A DNA stretch of 32,000 nt, taken from Candidatus Methylomirabilis sp. Its GTDB lineage: Bacteria; Methylomirabilota; Methylomirabilia; Methylomirabilales; Methylomirabilaceae. The notes under the pieces were generated by a model. It worked only from the letters and a program-made list of their open reading frames with translations, did not search any database and was not told the origin of the DNA. Position 1 is the first letter of the stretch, and each line of letters begins with the position of its first letter. The DNA is taken from contig NZ_JAQUOY010000006.1 in NCBI RefSeq assembly GCF_028716865.1, forward strand, positions 41,317-73,316, read 5' to 3'. A program made the position numbers and the translations under genes. Shown here piece after piece: positions 9,865 to 18,343 of the stretch.

Positions 9865-10718
9865 AGAAGGCGTGGTCACATCCGGGGTCTGCGATCACGC
9901 GGTCGGCACCGGTTGTGGTGCTGACCCTGTTCCTCGCCGGAGGGTGCGTGGGAGCGATGGAAAGCAGGTTCGTCTTCTTCCCTGACAAGCGGATTGCAGA
10001 GACTCCCCGCGATCGAGGCCTAGCCTATGAGGAAATCTACTTTCAGACAGAAGACGGGTTGAACCTCAATGGCTGGTGGATTCCCGGGACCGGGTCGCCC
10101 CTCACGATCCTCTGGTTCCACGGTAACGGCGGCAATATCAGTCACCGGCTGGACAATATTAAGCTTCGCCATGACCTGCTGGGAACGAATATTTTCATCT
10201 TCGACTACCGCGAATATGGCCGGAGCGAAGGCCGGGCGACAGAGGAGGGAACCTATCAAGATGGTGATGCGGCGATCCGGTATCTGCGTGGCCTGGGGGA
10301 TGTAGACCCGACCAAGATCGTCTTCCTTGGTGAATCGCTCGGGAGCGCCGTGGCGGTCGAGATGGCGACCCGACACGGCTGCGCCGCCCTGATCCTGGAG
10401 TCGCCTTTCCTGTCCATCGCCGAGATGGCGAAGGTGAGCTTCCCATTCCTCCCGATCGGTTCGTTCCTTCAAACCAAGTACGACACCCTCTCGAAGATCG
10501 CGCAGGTCAGGGCCCCTCTTCTGATCGTCCATGGTGAGAACGATGAGATCGTTCCGTTCCAGCATGGCCAACGCCTCTTCGAAGCCGCGAAAGAGTCAAA
10601 AGAGTTCTACCGCATCAAGGGCGCCCACCATAACGATCTCTACCTGGTAGGCAGTACGACCTACCTGGAGACCCTTAACCGTTTCCTCAGTAAGGTGATC
10701 GGAGGCAAGCCCTCATAG
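9861..10718 (+). CDS. Alpha/beta-fold hydrolase with N-terminal signal/anchor segment
   Basis: 285 aa. Nucleophile elbow GESLGSA, HGENDEIVP (Asp region) and GAHHND (His). The N-terminus VVVLTLFLAGGC is signal- or lipobox-like. The TTG start overlaps the upstream stop (tTTGA), so the start is uncertain. Confidence 0.85.
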   Translation: MKKAWSHPGSAITRSAPVVVLTLFLAGGCVGAMESRFVFFPDKRIAETPRDRGLAYEEIYFQTEDGLNLNGWWIPGTGSPLTILWFHGNGGNISHRLDNIKLRHDLLGTNIFIFDYREYGRSEGRATEEGTYQDGDAAIRYLRGLGDVDPTKIVFLGESLGSAVAVEMATRHGCAALILESPFLSIAEMAKVSFPFLPIGSFLQTKYDTLSKIAQVRAPLLIVHGENDEIVPFQHGQRLFEAAKESKEFYRIKGAHHNDLYLVGSTTYLETLNRFLSKVIGGKPS

Positions 10719-12644
10719 TCATCTGCCCTCCATTGCCGGCCTCAGTTGTGGCGCCAGCGGAAGGCGCACTATGAAACTGCTCCCGCGGCCTTTGCCCTCC
10801 GAGGTAGCCCAGATCCTGCCGTCGTGTAGCTCGACGAGTTGCTTCGTGAGCGCAAGGCCAAGGCCGGCCCCATGGTACTTCCTGGCGAGGGCAGGATTGA
10901 GTTGGGTGAAGCGCTCAAAGAGCTTGGGGATTTCCTCCGCCGTGATCCCGATCCCGGTGTCCGCCACCGAAACCTCTACGAAGTCGGGAGATTGCGGGGG
11001 GTTGGGGGTTGGGGGTTGGGGGTTGGCGTCTACACTCGGCACTTGGCACTCGGAACTTAGTACGGCCCTCGCGGTGACGGTGATTCGGCCGCCTTCGGGG
11101 GTGAACTTAATGGCATTGGAGAGGAGGTTGTAGACGATCTGTTTGAATCGGATGGGGTCGGCAGTGAGGATGATCGGCGCGGTTTCTACGTGCAGTGTGA
11201 GGGTCAGGCGCTTTTGGTCGGCCATCGGCTGGACATCGGCAAGGTCGGCCGCGAGCGTCTCTCGAACGGCGAAGGGCTCCGGGCGCAGATCGAGCTTACC
11301 AGCCTCGATTTTGGCGAGGTCGAGCAAGTCGTTGATCAGGGCAAGCAGGTGTTTGCCGCTTGCGTAGATGTGGTCAAGATAGCGGGATTGCATCTCGTTA
11401 AGCGGCCCGAAGGTCGGGTCTCGCAGAACCTGCGAGAAGCCGAGAATCCCGTTCAGCGGGGTCCGAAACTCGTGAGACATGTGGGTGAGAAACTCCGACT
11501 TGTGACGCGAGGCCGCCTCGAGCCGCGCATTGACCGTACGCAGCTCTCGCGTCCGGTCCTCGACGGTGACTTCGAGTTCCATGGCGTAGCGTCGCTGCGC
11601 CTCCTCGCTCTGCTTCAGCGCGGCGATATCCTGTTTGGTCGTGCGAACGATCACCGCCCCCAGCCACATCGCGAACGCGATCACCAGCGCGATGAAACCG
11701 ACTGTCTTGATCTGTCCAATCCGCAACGCGACGATACGCGCCTGCAGCGCCCCCTCCAGATCGACCATCGCTTTGTCGAGCAGCGCGAACTGCCCGTCAA
11801 TCGCCTGGGTGAATACTGAGAAGTAATCGGCCGGCGAATAGCTCAGCCTCGCAGCTTCCACCACCTGGGTTCTGGCAAGATGTATCGCTTTCTGCGCGAG
11901 CCACATGCTTGCCTGTGCGATGTTACCAAGATCGGTCTTCATCTGGGGATTCAGTGCCACTGCCTTGCCTAACTCGCGCTCCATGTACTCGTGTTGCCTC
12001 TCGACGTTGCTGATGAGACCGATCAACGCGGTGCGGTCCGCCAGGGTAATGCGCTTCTCTGCCAGGAGCAGCATGCCGCGCGCTCGCGCCTGGCCGAGGA
12101 ATTCGGTCAGGTTCGGCATATGGACCAACAGCGCCATGGTCAGGTGATAGTCATTGCCGGTCGGGTCGTACGATAGGCCGAAGTAATCCATCATGAGATC
12201 GAGCAGCTTCAGGCTTTCGCCGATGAGGGCCGTGTGCTTAGCAACACTCTCCTGACCGGTGATCAAGCGCGAGGATACGCCGTTCGCAAGCTCCCTCCAG
12301 GCATCGAGCGCCCCGCGCCAAGTGGCGGTAAGCACGGGATCATGGATGTCGGACGTGACAAGCGCATTAAACGCCTCGACCGCCTTGTCGGCTTCAGTTT
12401 GCTTGGCGGCGCGTTGCGCTTCCATCGTCGTGTTCCCGCCCAGGACGCCGGAGGAAAGCCCGCGGTGTTGCTGGATCAACTGCACCACCCTCAGCAGTGC
12501 TTTCGACGGCGCGATCCCGGCATGCTTTCGACTCGCCGATTGCAGAGCTCTGCTGCTTTGCAGCAGGTAGATGGTCAGCGGCGCCGCCACCAGGGCAAGG
12601 CCCACCAGCCCGAACCCGAGCGTCAACCTGGTTCGTATTGTCAT
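10719..12644 (-). CDS. Sensor histidine kinase with periplasmic NIT-like (nitrate/nitrite-sensing) domain
   Basis: 641 aa. TM1 (LGFGLVGLALVAAPLTIYLL) is followed by an extracytoplasmic domain of about 270 aa with LIQQHRGLSSGVLGG and a second ARARG motif (NIT-like). TM2, a coiled coil, the H-box SHEFRTPLNGILGF and HATPase boxes (DTGIGI, GAGLGL) follow. No response regulator is adjacent. Confidence 0.85.
   Translation of the reverse strand: MTIRTRLTLGFGLVGLALVAAPLTIYLLQSSRALQSASRKHAGIAPSKALLRVVQLIQQHRGLSSGVLGGNTTMEAQRAAKQTEADKAVEAFNALVTSDIHDPVLTATWRGALDAWRELANGVSSRLITGQESVAKHTALIGESLKLLDLMMDYFGLSYDPTGNDYHLTMALLVHMPNLTEFLGQARARGMLLLAEKRITLADRTALIGLISNVERQHEYMERELGKAVALNPQMKTDLGNIAQASMWLAQKAIHLARTQVVEAARLSYSPADYFSVFTQAIDGQFALLDKAMVDLEGALQARIVALRIGQIKTVGFIALVIAFAMWLGAVIVRTTKQDIAALKQSEEAQRRYAMELEVTVEDRTRELRTVNARLEAASRHKSEFLTHMSHEFRTPLNGILGFSQVLRDPTFGPLNEMQSRYLDHIYASGKHLLALINDLLDLAKIEAGKLDLRPEPFAVRETLAADLADVQPMADQKRLTLTLHVETAPIILTADPIRFKQIVYNLLSNAIKFTPEGGRITVTARAVLSSECQVPSVDANPQPPTPNPPQSPDFVEVSVADTGIGITAEEIPKLFERFTQLNPALARKYHGAGLGLALTKQLVELHDGRIWATSEGKGRGSSFIVRLPLAPQLRPAMEGR
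10996..11053. repeat. Two adjacent tandem heptanucleotide repeats inside the kinase CDS: (GGGGGTT)x4 and (CACTYGG)x3
   Basis: Plus strand reads G6TT G5TT G5TT G5TT GG at 10996-11026, then cactcgg cacttgg cactcgg at 11033-11053. On the coding (minus) strand this encodes ...SSECQVPSVDANPQPPTPNPPQSPD..., lying between the N-box and the DTGIGI G1 box. Confidence 0.85.
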
Positions 12645-12671
12645 GCGCTTATTGAACCACAGCGGCCATAT

Positions 12672-13032
12672 TGCATAGCGTCAATTCTACGTCGTTGGGG
12701 TCATCTTGGACCAGGCGGGAATGCCGACAGCGATGAAAGTAACACACAAGTCTTTGTCGGGTCTATCCTTCCTACGTCTTTTCTCTCCTGACGTACCAGG
12801 TCGGCTTCTACGACCAGAACCCGCAGGCGCGTCTGCCATCCGCCATTCCCTTAAAAGTCCCCCCATCCTCTCCTTCCCCCCCGGATCAAGTCCGGGGCAG
12901 GCTCTCGTGGGGGGAGGGGGGGGAGGGACACCTTTTGTGGTGTGGACTCCTCCCCCCTCCGAGGGGGAGGGGACCGGTGGGAGGAACTTTTGGGGCAACG
13001 ACGTCCGTTGTGGCGACTGACGACGCTATGCA
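12672..13032. mobile_element. MITE-like element of about 360 bp bounded by imperfect terminal inverted repeats, with an interior of C-tract/G-tract palindromes
   Basis: TGCATAGCGTC at 12672-12682 is the exact reverse complement of GACGCTATGCA at 13022-13032. An inner pair, ACGTCGTTG (12689-12697) and CAACGACGT (12996-13004), is collinear with it. The interior holds long C-run/G-run hairpins (12853-12935, including CCGGAtcaagTCCGG) and CCTCCCCCCTCcgaGGGGGAGGGG (about 12949-12972). No transposase is present. Confidence 0.45.
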
Positions 13033-13056
13033 CAGGAGGCCAAGACGATGCCTGCG

Positions 13057-13920
13057 CTATGTGACTGTCACCCGTAAGTAGAGGTCGCCATGTGCTCCAT
13101 CCTGCATTTCACGCCCTTTGCCTTTTAGCCGTAGCCTCGTTCCGGATCGGATGCCTGGAGGGATGGCCACCATCAGCTCCTCGAGTTGGTCGTCCCGCAT
13201 GAAGGTGACCCGCTTCCGCGCGCCGGATGCGGCCTCCTGAGCGGTAATGGTAAGCTGATACCGAAGATTTGGGCTATCCTCGGCAGAATCCTGATCTCCG
13301 GATATCAGCCGTTTCACCAGGTCAAAGCCGGCCTTAAGGCCGCGGCCGATTGCTGACCACCCGCTCTGTGATTGGCTCTCGCCCAGCGCCTCCTGGTCCC
13401 GAGTCTGATTGACCGCTGACCGGTCTCCTCGGCGATCAACCGCCATACGCGAGGTGCGCCGCCTGAGTACCCCGATCGGCGCGCCGATAAAGACACCGCC
13501 GAAGACGAATCCGCGACTGCCGAAGAAGACCTGGCGAACGAAGGCGTCATCGAAGCGGATACCGGCCCTGGCGAATTCACGATTCATCTCAGCAAAGATC
13601 GATGACATGGCAGGATTGGAGAAGAGGTCCCGGAAGATCTCTTCCTGGGAGTATCGAAATCCACCGCCGGGGCCGCCCATCCCGGCCTGGGTCGTGCGGA
13701 AGGCGTCGTATTGCCGCCGCTTGCCCTGATCCATCAGGACGGCATACGCCTCGCTGATCGCCTTGAACCGTTCCTCGGCCTTGGGGTCTCCGGGATTTTT
13801 GTCGGGGTGGTGTTGGAGCGCGAGTCGCCGGTACGCCCTTCGCAGCTCCTCCTCCGTAGCCTGTTCCGAGACGCCGAGAGTAGCGTAATAGTCTTTTCCA
13901 TTATCGTGCATGCGGGCCAT
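13057..13920 (-). CDS. J-domain co-chaperone (DnaJ/CbpA-like, no zinc-finger domain)
   Basis: J domain [37 protein letters not shown], a G/F-rich middle, and a C-terminal DnaJ_C-like beta segment (RLRLKGKG...GDLYLRVTV). I moved the start to the ATG at 13920 (GGAG 8 nt upstream). The track start at 14001 would overlap the upstream gene. Confidence 0.85.
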   Translation of the reverse strand: MARMHDNGKDYYATLGVSEQATEEELRRAYRRLALQHHPDKNPGDPKAEERFKAISEAYAVLMDQGKRRQYDAFRTTQAGMGGPGGGFRYSQEEIFRDLFSNPAMSSIFAEMNREFARAGIRFDDAFVRQVFFGSRGFVFGGVFIGAPIGVLRRRTSRMAVDRRGDRSAVNQTRDQEALGESQSQSGWSAIGRGLKAGFDLVKRLISGDQDSAEDSPNLRYQLTITAQEAASGARKRVTFMRDDQLEELMVAIPPGIRSGTRLRLKGKGREMQDGAHGDLYLRVTVT

Positions 13921-13925
13921 GCCTG

Positions 13926-14882
13926 TTACTCCGGCTTCGGGTACAGCGCGAGATAATCCTTGATGGCGTCGTGGGCGCTGCGGAACGCCAGGTCCTCCCA
14001 CGGGATCCGGATCAGAGGGAAGATCTGCGCATCGAGCGCTTCGTCCTTCGCGGCAAGCTCGCCACCAACCACACGCGCCGCGTAGGCGACGATCACGACC
14101 CCTGAGTCCTCATAGGAGTAGACATTCAGGAGCCGATCGATCTCCACATCCAGGTTGACCTCTTCTCGAGTCTCGCGAATGGCCGCCGCCTCGACCCGCT
14201 CGCCCTTATCGACGAAGCCGCCAGGAAAGACCCATTTGCCGTACGCCGGGGAGATCGCTCGCCGGACCAGTACGATCCCACCGTCAAGCGTAAACAGGGT
14301 GCCTGCCGCCACCTTTGGGTCGGGATACTGGATGAATGAGCAGCTCTGACAGGCCGGCAGTTCCGGCCCGTCCGGTTTGATCCGCCTGGGCGTGAGCCCC
14401 ATTCCGCATCGCGGGCAATATCGGAACGAGCCATCCGATCTGTGTAGATGGCCGTGAGGGTGTGTGCCTCCGCCGGTCACCTCGCGTTCCGATGGAGTTG
14501 CGCAGAGCGGACTGTCGCCTTCGGACTCAGCGATCCGCTCCAGGATCACCTCACCGATCTTCGGATGGACACCCAGCGGCTGGGTGATCCGGCAGGCGAC
14601 CCCAGGGTGCCGACTGGCCGCCTGCTTGACCAGGGCGGGAATGCCGGTCGTAACGTGATGCCCTGGCCCAAGGAAGTAGGGGTGTACGATCACCTCCTCT
14701 GCCCCGTCGGCGACACAGGCATCAAACCCCTGCTGAATGGTCGGCTCCGCCAGCTCCATGTGAGCGTAGTGAACGATGTTCAGGCCGAAGCGCTCCCGCA
14801 TCACCCCCGCGACCTCGCGGAGAAGCTCGTGTGATCCAGCGCGGCGACTGCCGTGATCGACAATGAGAAGGGCTTGCTTCAT
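13926..14882 (-). CDS. Fusion protein: small CbiX-type (class II) chelatase domain + 4-Cys zinc ribbon + Nudix hydrolase domain
   Basis: The N-terminal ~120 aa ([10 protein letters not shown]...[13 protein letters not shown]...) match the CbiX/SirB pattern. CPRCG...CQSC follows, then the Nudix box [24 protein letters not shown]. Confidence 0.8.
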   Translation of the reverse strand: MKQALLIVDHGSRRAGSHELLREVAGVMRERFGLNIVHYAHMELAEPTIQQGFDACVADGAEEVIVHPYFLGPGHHVTTGIPALVKQAASRHPGVACRITQPLGVHPKIGEVILERIAESEGDSPLCATPSEREVTGGGTHPHGHLHRSDGSFRYCPRCGMGLTPRRIKPDGPELPACQSCSFIQYPDPKVAAGTLFTLDGGIVLVRRAISPAYGKWVFPGGFVDKGERVEAAAIRETREEVNLDVEIDRLLNVYSYEDSGVVIVAYAARVVGGELAAKDEALDAQIFPLIRIPWEDLAFRSAHDAIKDYLALYPKPE

Positions 14883-14956
14883 TTCATTAAATTATACTAC
14901 GCAGAGTGCCAGGTGACAATCATGGCCGCAAAGCAGAGATGTTCCAACGCCAAAGT

Positions 14957-14986
14957 TTGACATGCCTCCGGTAAATTCCTTAGAAT
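14957..14986 (+). promoter_or_regulatory. Sigma70-like promoter, TTGACA-18 nt-TAGAAT
   Basis: TTGACA at 14957-14962 and TAGAAT at 14981-14986, about 150 nt upstream of the pgeF start. REP-like copy 1 lies in the predicted 5' UTR. Confidence 0.4.
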
Positions 14987-15016
14987 AACCCCTGTCCGGC
15001 AAACCCCCGTTCATGC

Positions 15017-15091
15017 TTCGACAAGCTCAGCACGAACGGGAAAAGGTGAATGCCCAATATCCATACCGTTCGCCCTGAGCCTGTCGAAGGG
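15017..15091 (+). repeat. Palindromic REP/MITE-like element, copy 1 (TTCGACAAGCTCAGCACGAA...TTCGCCCTGAGCCTGTCGAAGGG)
   Basis: About 75 nt. The left arm TTCGACAAGCTCAG pairs with the right arm CTGAGCCTGTCGAA (15075-15088). It is near-identical in its arms to 18717-18793. Confidence 0.8.
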
Positions 15092-15132
15092 CATATGAGA
15101 GTTTACAGGACAGGCTCAATAGTGCTGATGAA

Positions 15133-15900
15133 ATGAAGATTCTTCGTCTGGAAGTGCCGCAGTGGGAACAATTTGACGGCTTGGTCCATGGCTTTCTTGG
15201 CCGCGTCAGCGGCAAGGACCGGCCGTCCAACGCCGCCTTTCGCCTTTCATGCGATGATGGAGACGATCCTCAAGCTGTCAAACAGAACTGGTGCGAGCTT
15301 AAGCTGGCGCTTAGCTTGCCGCGAATTTCGATCATCACGGCCAGGCAGGTCCACGGCAACACGATCCTGCCGGTCTCCAGTGAGACCGGTAAACTGGCCG
15401 GGATCGGGGATGGACTGATGACCGATGCGCCCAACCTCTGTGTGGGGGTGATGTCGGCTGACTGTGTCCCGATCCTGCTCGTAGAGCCCACGCGAAAGAT
15501 CGCTGCTGCGGTCCACGCCGGCTGGCGGGGGACGGCTGCGGGCATCGCCCCACGGGCGGTCGCGTCGATGGAAGAGGCCTATGGGATCGACCCCGCCGCG
15601 CTTCATGTGGCGATGGGACCGTCGATCGGCTCCTGCTGCTACGAGGTAGGACCGGAGGTCGCGGCGCAGATCGCGGCGAACTGGAGGGAGGAACTCAAGG
15701 GCGCCTGGAAGCCCGAGGGGGTCAAGGGTCGCCTTGATCTGAGGGCGCTCAACGAGGCCCAGCTTCTCGGCGCAGGCATTCCTCGATCGCAGATCAGCAA
15801 GATCGGTCCCTGTACGGCCTGCCACATTGGGGATTTCTACTCATATCGGAAAGAGGGGAAGAGCGGCCACCAGTTAAGCTTCATCGGCTGGCGAGGGTAG
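15133..15900 (+). CDS. pgeF: YfiH/PgeF family (DUF152) multicopper-oxidase-like / purine nucleoside-processing enzyme
   Basis: 255 aa. Family motifs GVMSADCVPILL, VHAGWRG and SIGSCCYEVG are present. Confidence 0.9.
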   Translation: MKILRLEVPQWEQFDGLVHGFLGRVSGKDRPSNAAFRLSCDDGDDPQAVKQNWCELKLALSLPRISIITARQVHGNTILPVSSETGKLAGIGDGLMTDAPNLCVGVMSADCVPILLVEPTRKIAAAVHAGWRGTAAGIAPRAVASMEEAYGIDPAALHVAMGPSIGSCCYEVGPEVAAQIAANWREELKGAWKPEGVKGRLDLRALNEAQLLGAGIPRSQISKIGPCTACHIGDFYSYRKEGKSGHQLSFIGWRG

Positions 15901-15906
15901 TCCGCA

Positions 15907-16320
15907 ATGAGATTTCACACGGAGTACCTGACCTTCAATATCAAGACGCAGCGCGACTACGTCAACATCACCGGGGAGGTCGAAGCGGCGCTGAAAAAGA
16001 GTGCGATCCGGGAGGGGATGATTCTGGTCTCGGCGATGCACATCACCGCCTCTATCTATATCAACGATGCCGAGAATGGGTTGATCCAGGATATCGACGA
16101 GTGGCTCGAACGACTGGCCCCCTACCGGGAAGACTACCGGCACCATCAGACGGGTGAGACGAACGGTGACGCGCACCTGAAGAATCTTCTGCTGCACCAC
16201 CAGGTCATCGTCCCAGTGACCGACGGCCGGTTGGATCTCGGCCCCTGGCAGCAGATCTACTACGCAGAGTTCGACGGGCAGCGCAAGAAGCGGGCAATCA
16301 TCAAGGTGATGGGCGAATAG
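15907..16320 (+). CDS. yjbQ: YjbQ/UPF0047 family protein (secondary thiamine-phosphate synthase-like)
   Basis: 137 aa. It matches the typical YjbQ pattern (NITGEV..., [39 protein letters not shown]). Confidence 0.85.
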   Translation: MRFHTEYLTFNIKTQRDYVNITGEVEAALKKSAIREGMILVSAMHITASIYINDAENGLIQDIDEWLERLAPYREDYRHHQTGETNGDAHLKNLLLHHQVIVPVTDGRLDLGPWQQIYYAEFDGQRKKRAIIKVMGE

Positions 16321-16547
16321 GAAAACCGAAGGTCAGCCCCATCCCTGTTCCCTTTCCTGCTGTCTACACAGACACGTCCCTGGCCGGTCGAGAATCTCTG
16401 CTCAGGCGCGCGGGACCGGGCTCCTGGCCATTTGGTAACTGAGCCGCCCCAGCAGGCTCACGGCGCAGAGCGTCAAGAAAGGTGTCCTGTTTAGATCCCT
16501 TGCAGTCGACGCCAAAAGACGCTGCTCCTCGAAGACATTGATGGATG

Positions 16548-17297
16548 TCACTTCGATAGAGCGGACCGGAACCCTCGGATCGTAAGGTCGTCGAAAGCGG
16601 TGACAGAATCAGCCTTCGTCCACAGGCCGACCTCACCTTCCTCCAAACGCGGATCTGTGCGTACCAAAGAACGCATATCTTCATAGTTGATGAGGAGCTG
16701 GTCGTCGAGCCATCCTTGAATCTGATCACCGACGGCTACTATCCTTATGGTGTGCCACCTCCGAAGGGCGAGAGGCTGCACATTCGCCGTGACGAGCATG
16801 TGCGGCTTGTTGCCATCGTAGTAGTACAGCCGGACGTTGTTCTCACGGGCGTGTGCGCGGACCACGTAGTACTTCCCTTCTGCAAAGCGAAAGACGATGC
16901 CGCCTGATGCGTCTTCGCTGCCGGACAGTGGCTTGAACTTCACCGAGATGTCGATAGCTGCTCTGTAAAAAGCGCCGGCGGGCGTGATGATGACGTTGAA
17001 GACATTGCGGTCAGCGCGCTGGATCAGCACCCGCTTGCCGCTGGGGGCGTCGGGCATCTCTTCAACTGCCCATTGACCATCGAAGACCCTCCACTTTCCC
17101 AGATCCTCCGTCTCGAAATTAAAACTGGTAACGGGTGTACCCTCGGGGACAGTGAGCTCGGCGGCATCCGCCATCCGTTCGCCGCCGGGGCGCACTTGTA
17201 TTTGTATTAAGTCGGTCACCAACAACAGCCCGAACCCTCCGAGCCCACCCAGGATGAGCCCGCACACGTGCCGGCGTAATGACGTCATCGGATTCAT
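16548..17297 (-). CDS. Membrane-anchored or secreted concanavalin A-like (LamG/DUF1080-like) domain protein
   Basis: 249 aa. Strong SD (AAGGAGGTGA), an N-terminal hydrophobic anchor, then a beta-rich domain with W..FDGQW, GGIVFRF and GLWT patterns. The family assignment is tentative. Confidence 0.6.
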   Translation of the reverse strand: MNPMTSLRRHVCGLILGGLGGFGLLLVTDLIQIQVRPGGERMADAAELTVPEGTPVTSFNFETEDLGKWRVFDGQWAVEEMPDAPSGKRVLIQRADRNVFNVIITPAGAFYRAAIDISVKFKPLSGSEDASGGIVFRFAEGKYYVVRAHARENNVRLYYYDGNKPHMLVTANVQPLALRRWHTIRIVAVGDQIQGWLDDQLLINYEDMRSLVRTDPRLEEGEVGLWTKADSVTAFDDLTIRGFRSALSK

Positions 17298-17561
17298 GAT
17301 TCACCTCCTTGCAACGTCTCCAGCCTGCGCCAGATCCTCACCCGGCTGCTGCCACACTCGGGTGGGAGTGTATAGATCAGCACCAGCTATTTGTATCTCG
17401 TTGCTTGCATCGTGGCGTCGAAAGAACAACGATACAATATCGGTTACCTTGACCCTATCCCTTCGTGTTAATGAGCGTCAAGGGGAAAACTCGGAAAGGA
17501 AGGCGCGTACCAGGTGGGGAGCAGGCACCGAGAAAGAGAAGTAACAAGATGTGGCGGCTAT

Positions 17562-18323
17562 TCAGAAGCGCTCTGAGGGGTCGAGGTCCCGGAAATGCCG
17601 CTCGACGTGAGCGAGATCTTCTTCGGTGTCCACCCCTATGGTGTCGTATGGGGTCTCGATGACAGAGATCGGTATGCCATGCTCCAGGAAACGGAGTTGT
17701 TCAAGCTTCTCGGCCTGTTCCAGCCTCGACGGTGGAAGCTGATGAAAGCGATCGAGCGCCGATCGCGTATAGGCATAGAGACCGAGGTGCTTGAAGTAGC
17801 GAGTCTCAGGCACCTGGTCCCGGTTGTAGGGGATGGCACAGCGGGAGAAGTAGAGCGCCTTGCCGGTCATATCCGTGACCACCTTTACGCAGTTGGGATT
17901 GTGAGCCTCTTCAGCGCCGATGGGGGTCTTCAGCGTGGTGATGTGCATAGAGGCATCCTGCAACAGCGGCTGCACGAGGGCTTCCAGGTGCGCCGGCCTG
18001 ATCATCGGCTCATCACCCTGGATATTGACGTAGATATCGGCCGGCAACACCTGCATCACTTCGTGGATTCTGTCGGTCCCGGACGCATGGCGACTCGAGG
18101 TCATCAGGACCTTCATCTGGTTCTCGACGCAGTACTCATACACCTCCTTTGCGTCGGTCGCCACCACCAGGTCATCCAGCAACCCGCATCGGCTCGCGCA
18201 GGCAAAGACATGGTGCAGCATCGGCCGGCCGCAGATCGGTCGCAGGACCTTGCCGGGCAGTCTCGTCGAAGCCAGCCGCGCCGGGATGACGCCGAGAATC
18301 GTCCTCTTTGCCTGATGCTGCAT
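17562..18323 (-). CDS. kdsB: 3-deoxy-manno-octulosonate cytidylyltransferase (CMP-KDO synthetase)
   Basis: ILGVIPARLASTRLPGKVL N-terminal motif and IQGDEP. I moved the start to the ATG at 18323 (MQHQAKRTILGVIPAR). The track start at 18491 would overlap the upstream ABM gene. Confidence 0.9.
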   Translation of the reverse strand: MQHQAKRTILGVIPARLASTRLPGKVLRPICGRPMLHHVFACASRCGLLDDLVVATDAKEVYEYCVENQMKVLMTSSRHASGTDRIHEVMQVLPADIYVNIQGDEPMIRPAHLEALVQPLLQDASMHITTLKTPIGAEEAHNPNCVKVVTDMTGKALYFSRCAIPYNRDQVPETRYFKHLGLYAYTRSALDRFHQLPPSRLEQAEKLEQLRFLEHGIPISVIETPYDTIGVDTEEDLAHVERHFRDLDPSERF

Positions 18324-18343
18324 CGTGTTGCGGTTGCCGCCCG

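Noticed and set aside
10996-11026. CRISPR-like or telomere-like array (TTGGGGG repeats)
   Set aside because: It is a contiguous 7-nt microsatellite inside a CDS with no spacers, so it is not a CRISPR array. The resemblance to ciliate telomere repeats is coincidental in a bacterial chromosome-internal gene.
12687-13033. Three overlapping ~100-aa ORFs rich in P, G and R
   Set aside because: They are translations of C-run/G-run palindromic repeats inside the inverted-repeat-bounded element. They are low-complexity, have no SD, and overlap on both strands.
13921-14001. Long N-terminal extension of the J-domain gene; likewise 18324-18491 for kdsB, 20043-20135 for egtB and 26896-26943 for usp
   Set aside because: The extensions overlap upstream genes or lie upstream of the predicted promoter. 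Internal ATGs have good SD sequences and coincide with the start of homology.
15027-15230. 67-aa minus ORF, plus 18308-18796 and 18711-18995 plus-strand ORFs
   Set aside because: They read through the REP/MITE-like palindromes (strings such as VRPEPVEG, SLSKGE, RQAHHE). They are repeat artefacts, not genes.
16321-16547. Convergent intergenic region between yjbQ and the ConA-like gene (and the 121-aa ORF at 16364-16729)
   Set aside because: No convincing hairpin plus U-tract terminator and no repeat were seen. The ORF overlaps the 3' end of the ConA-like gene and has no SD or motif.
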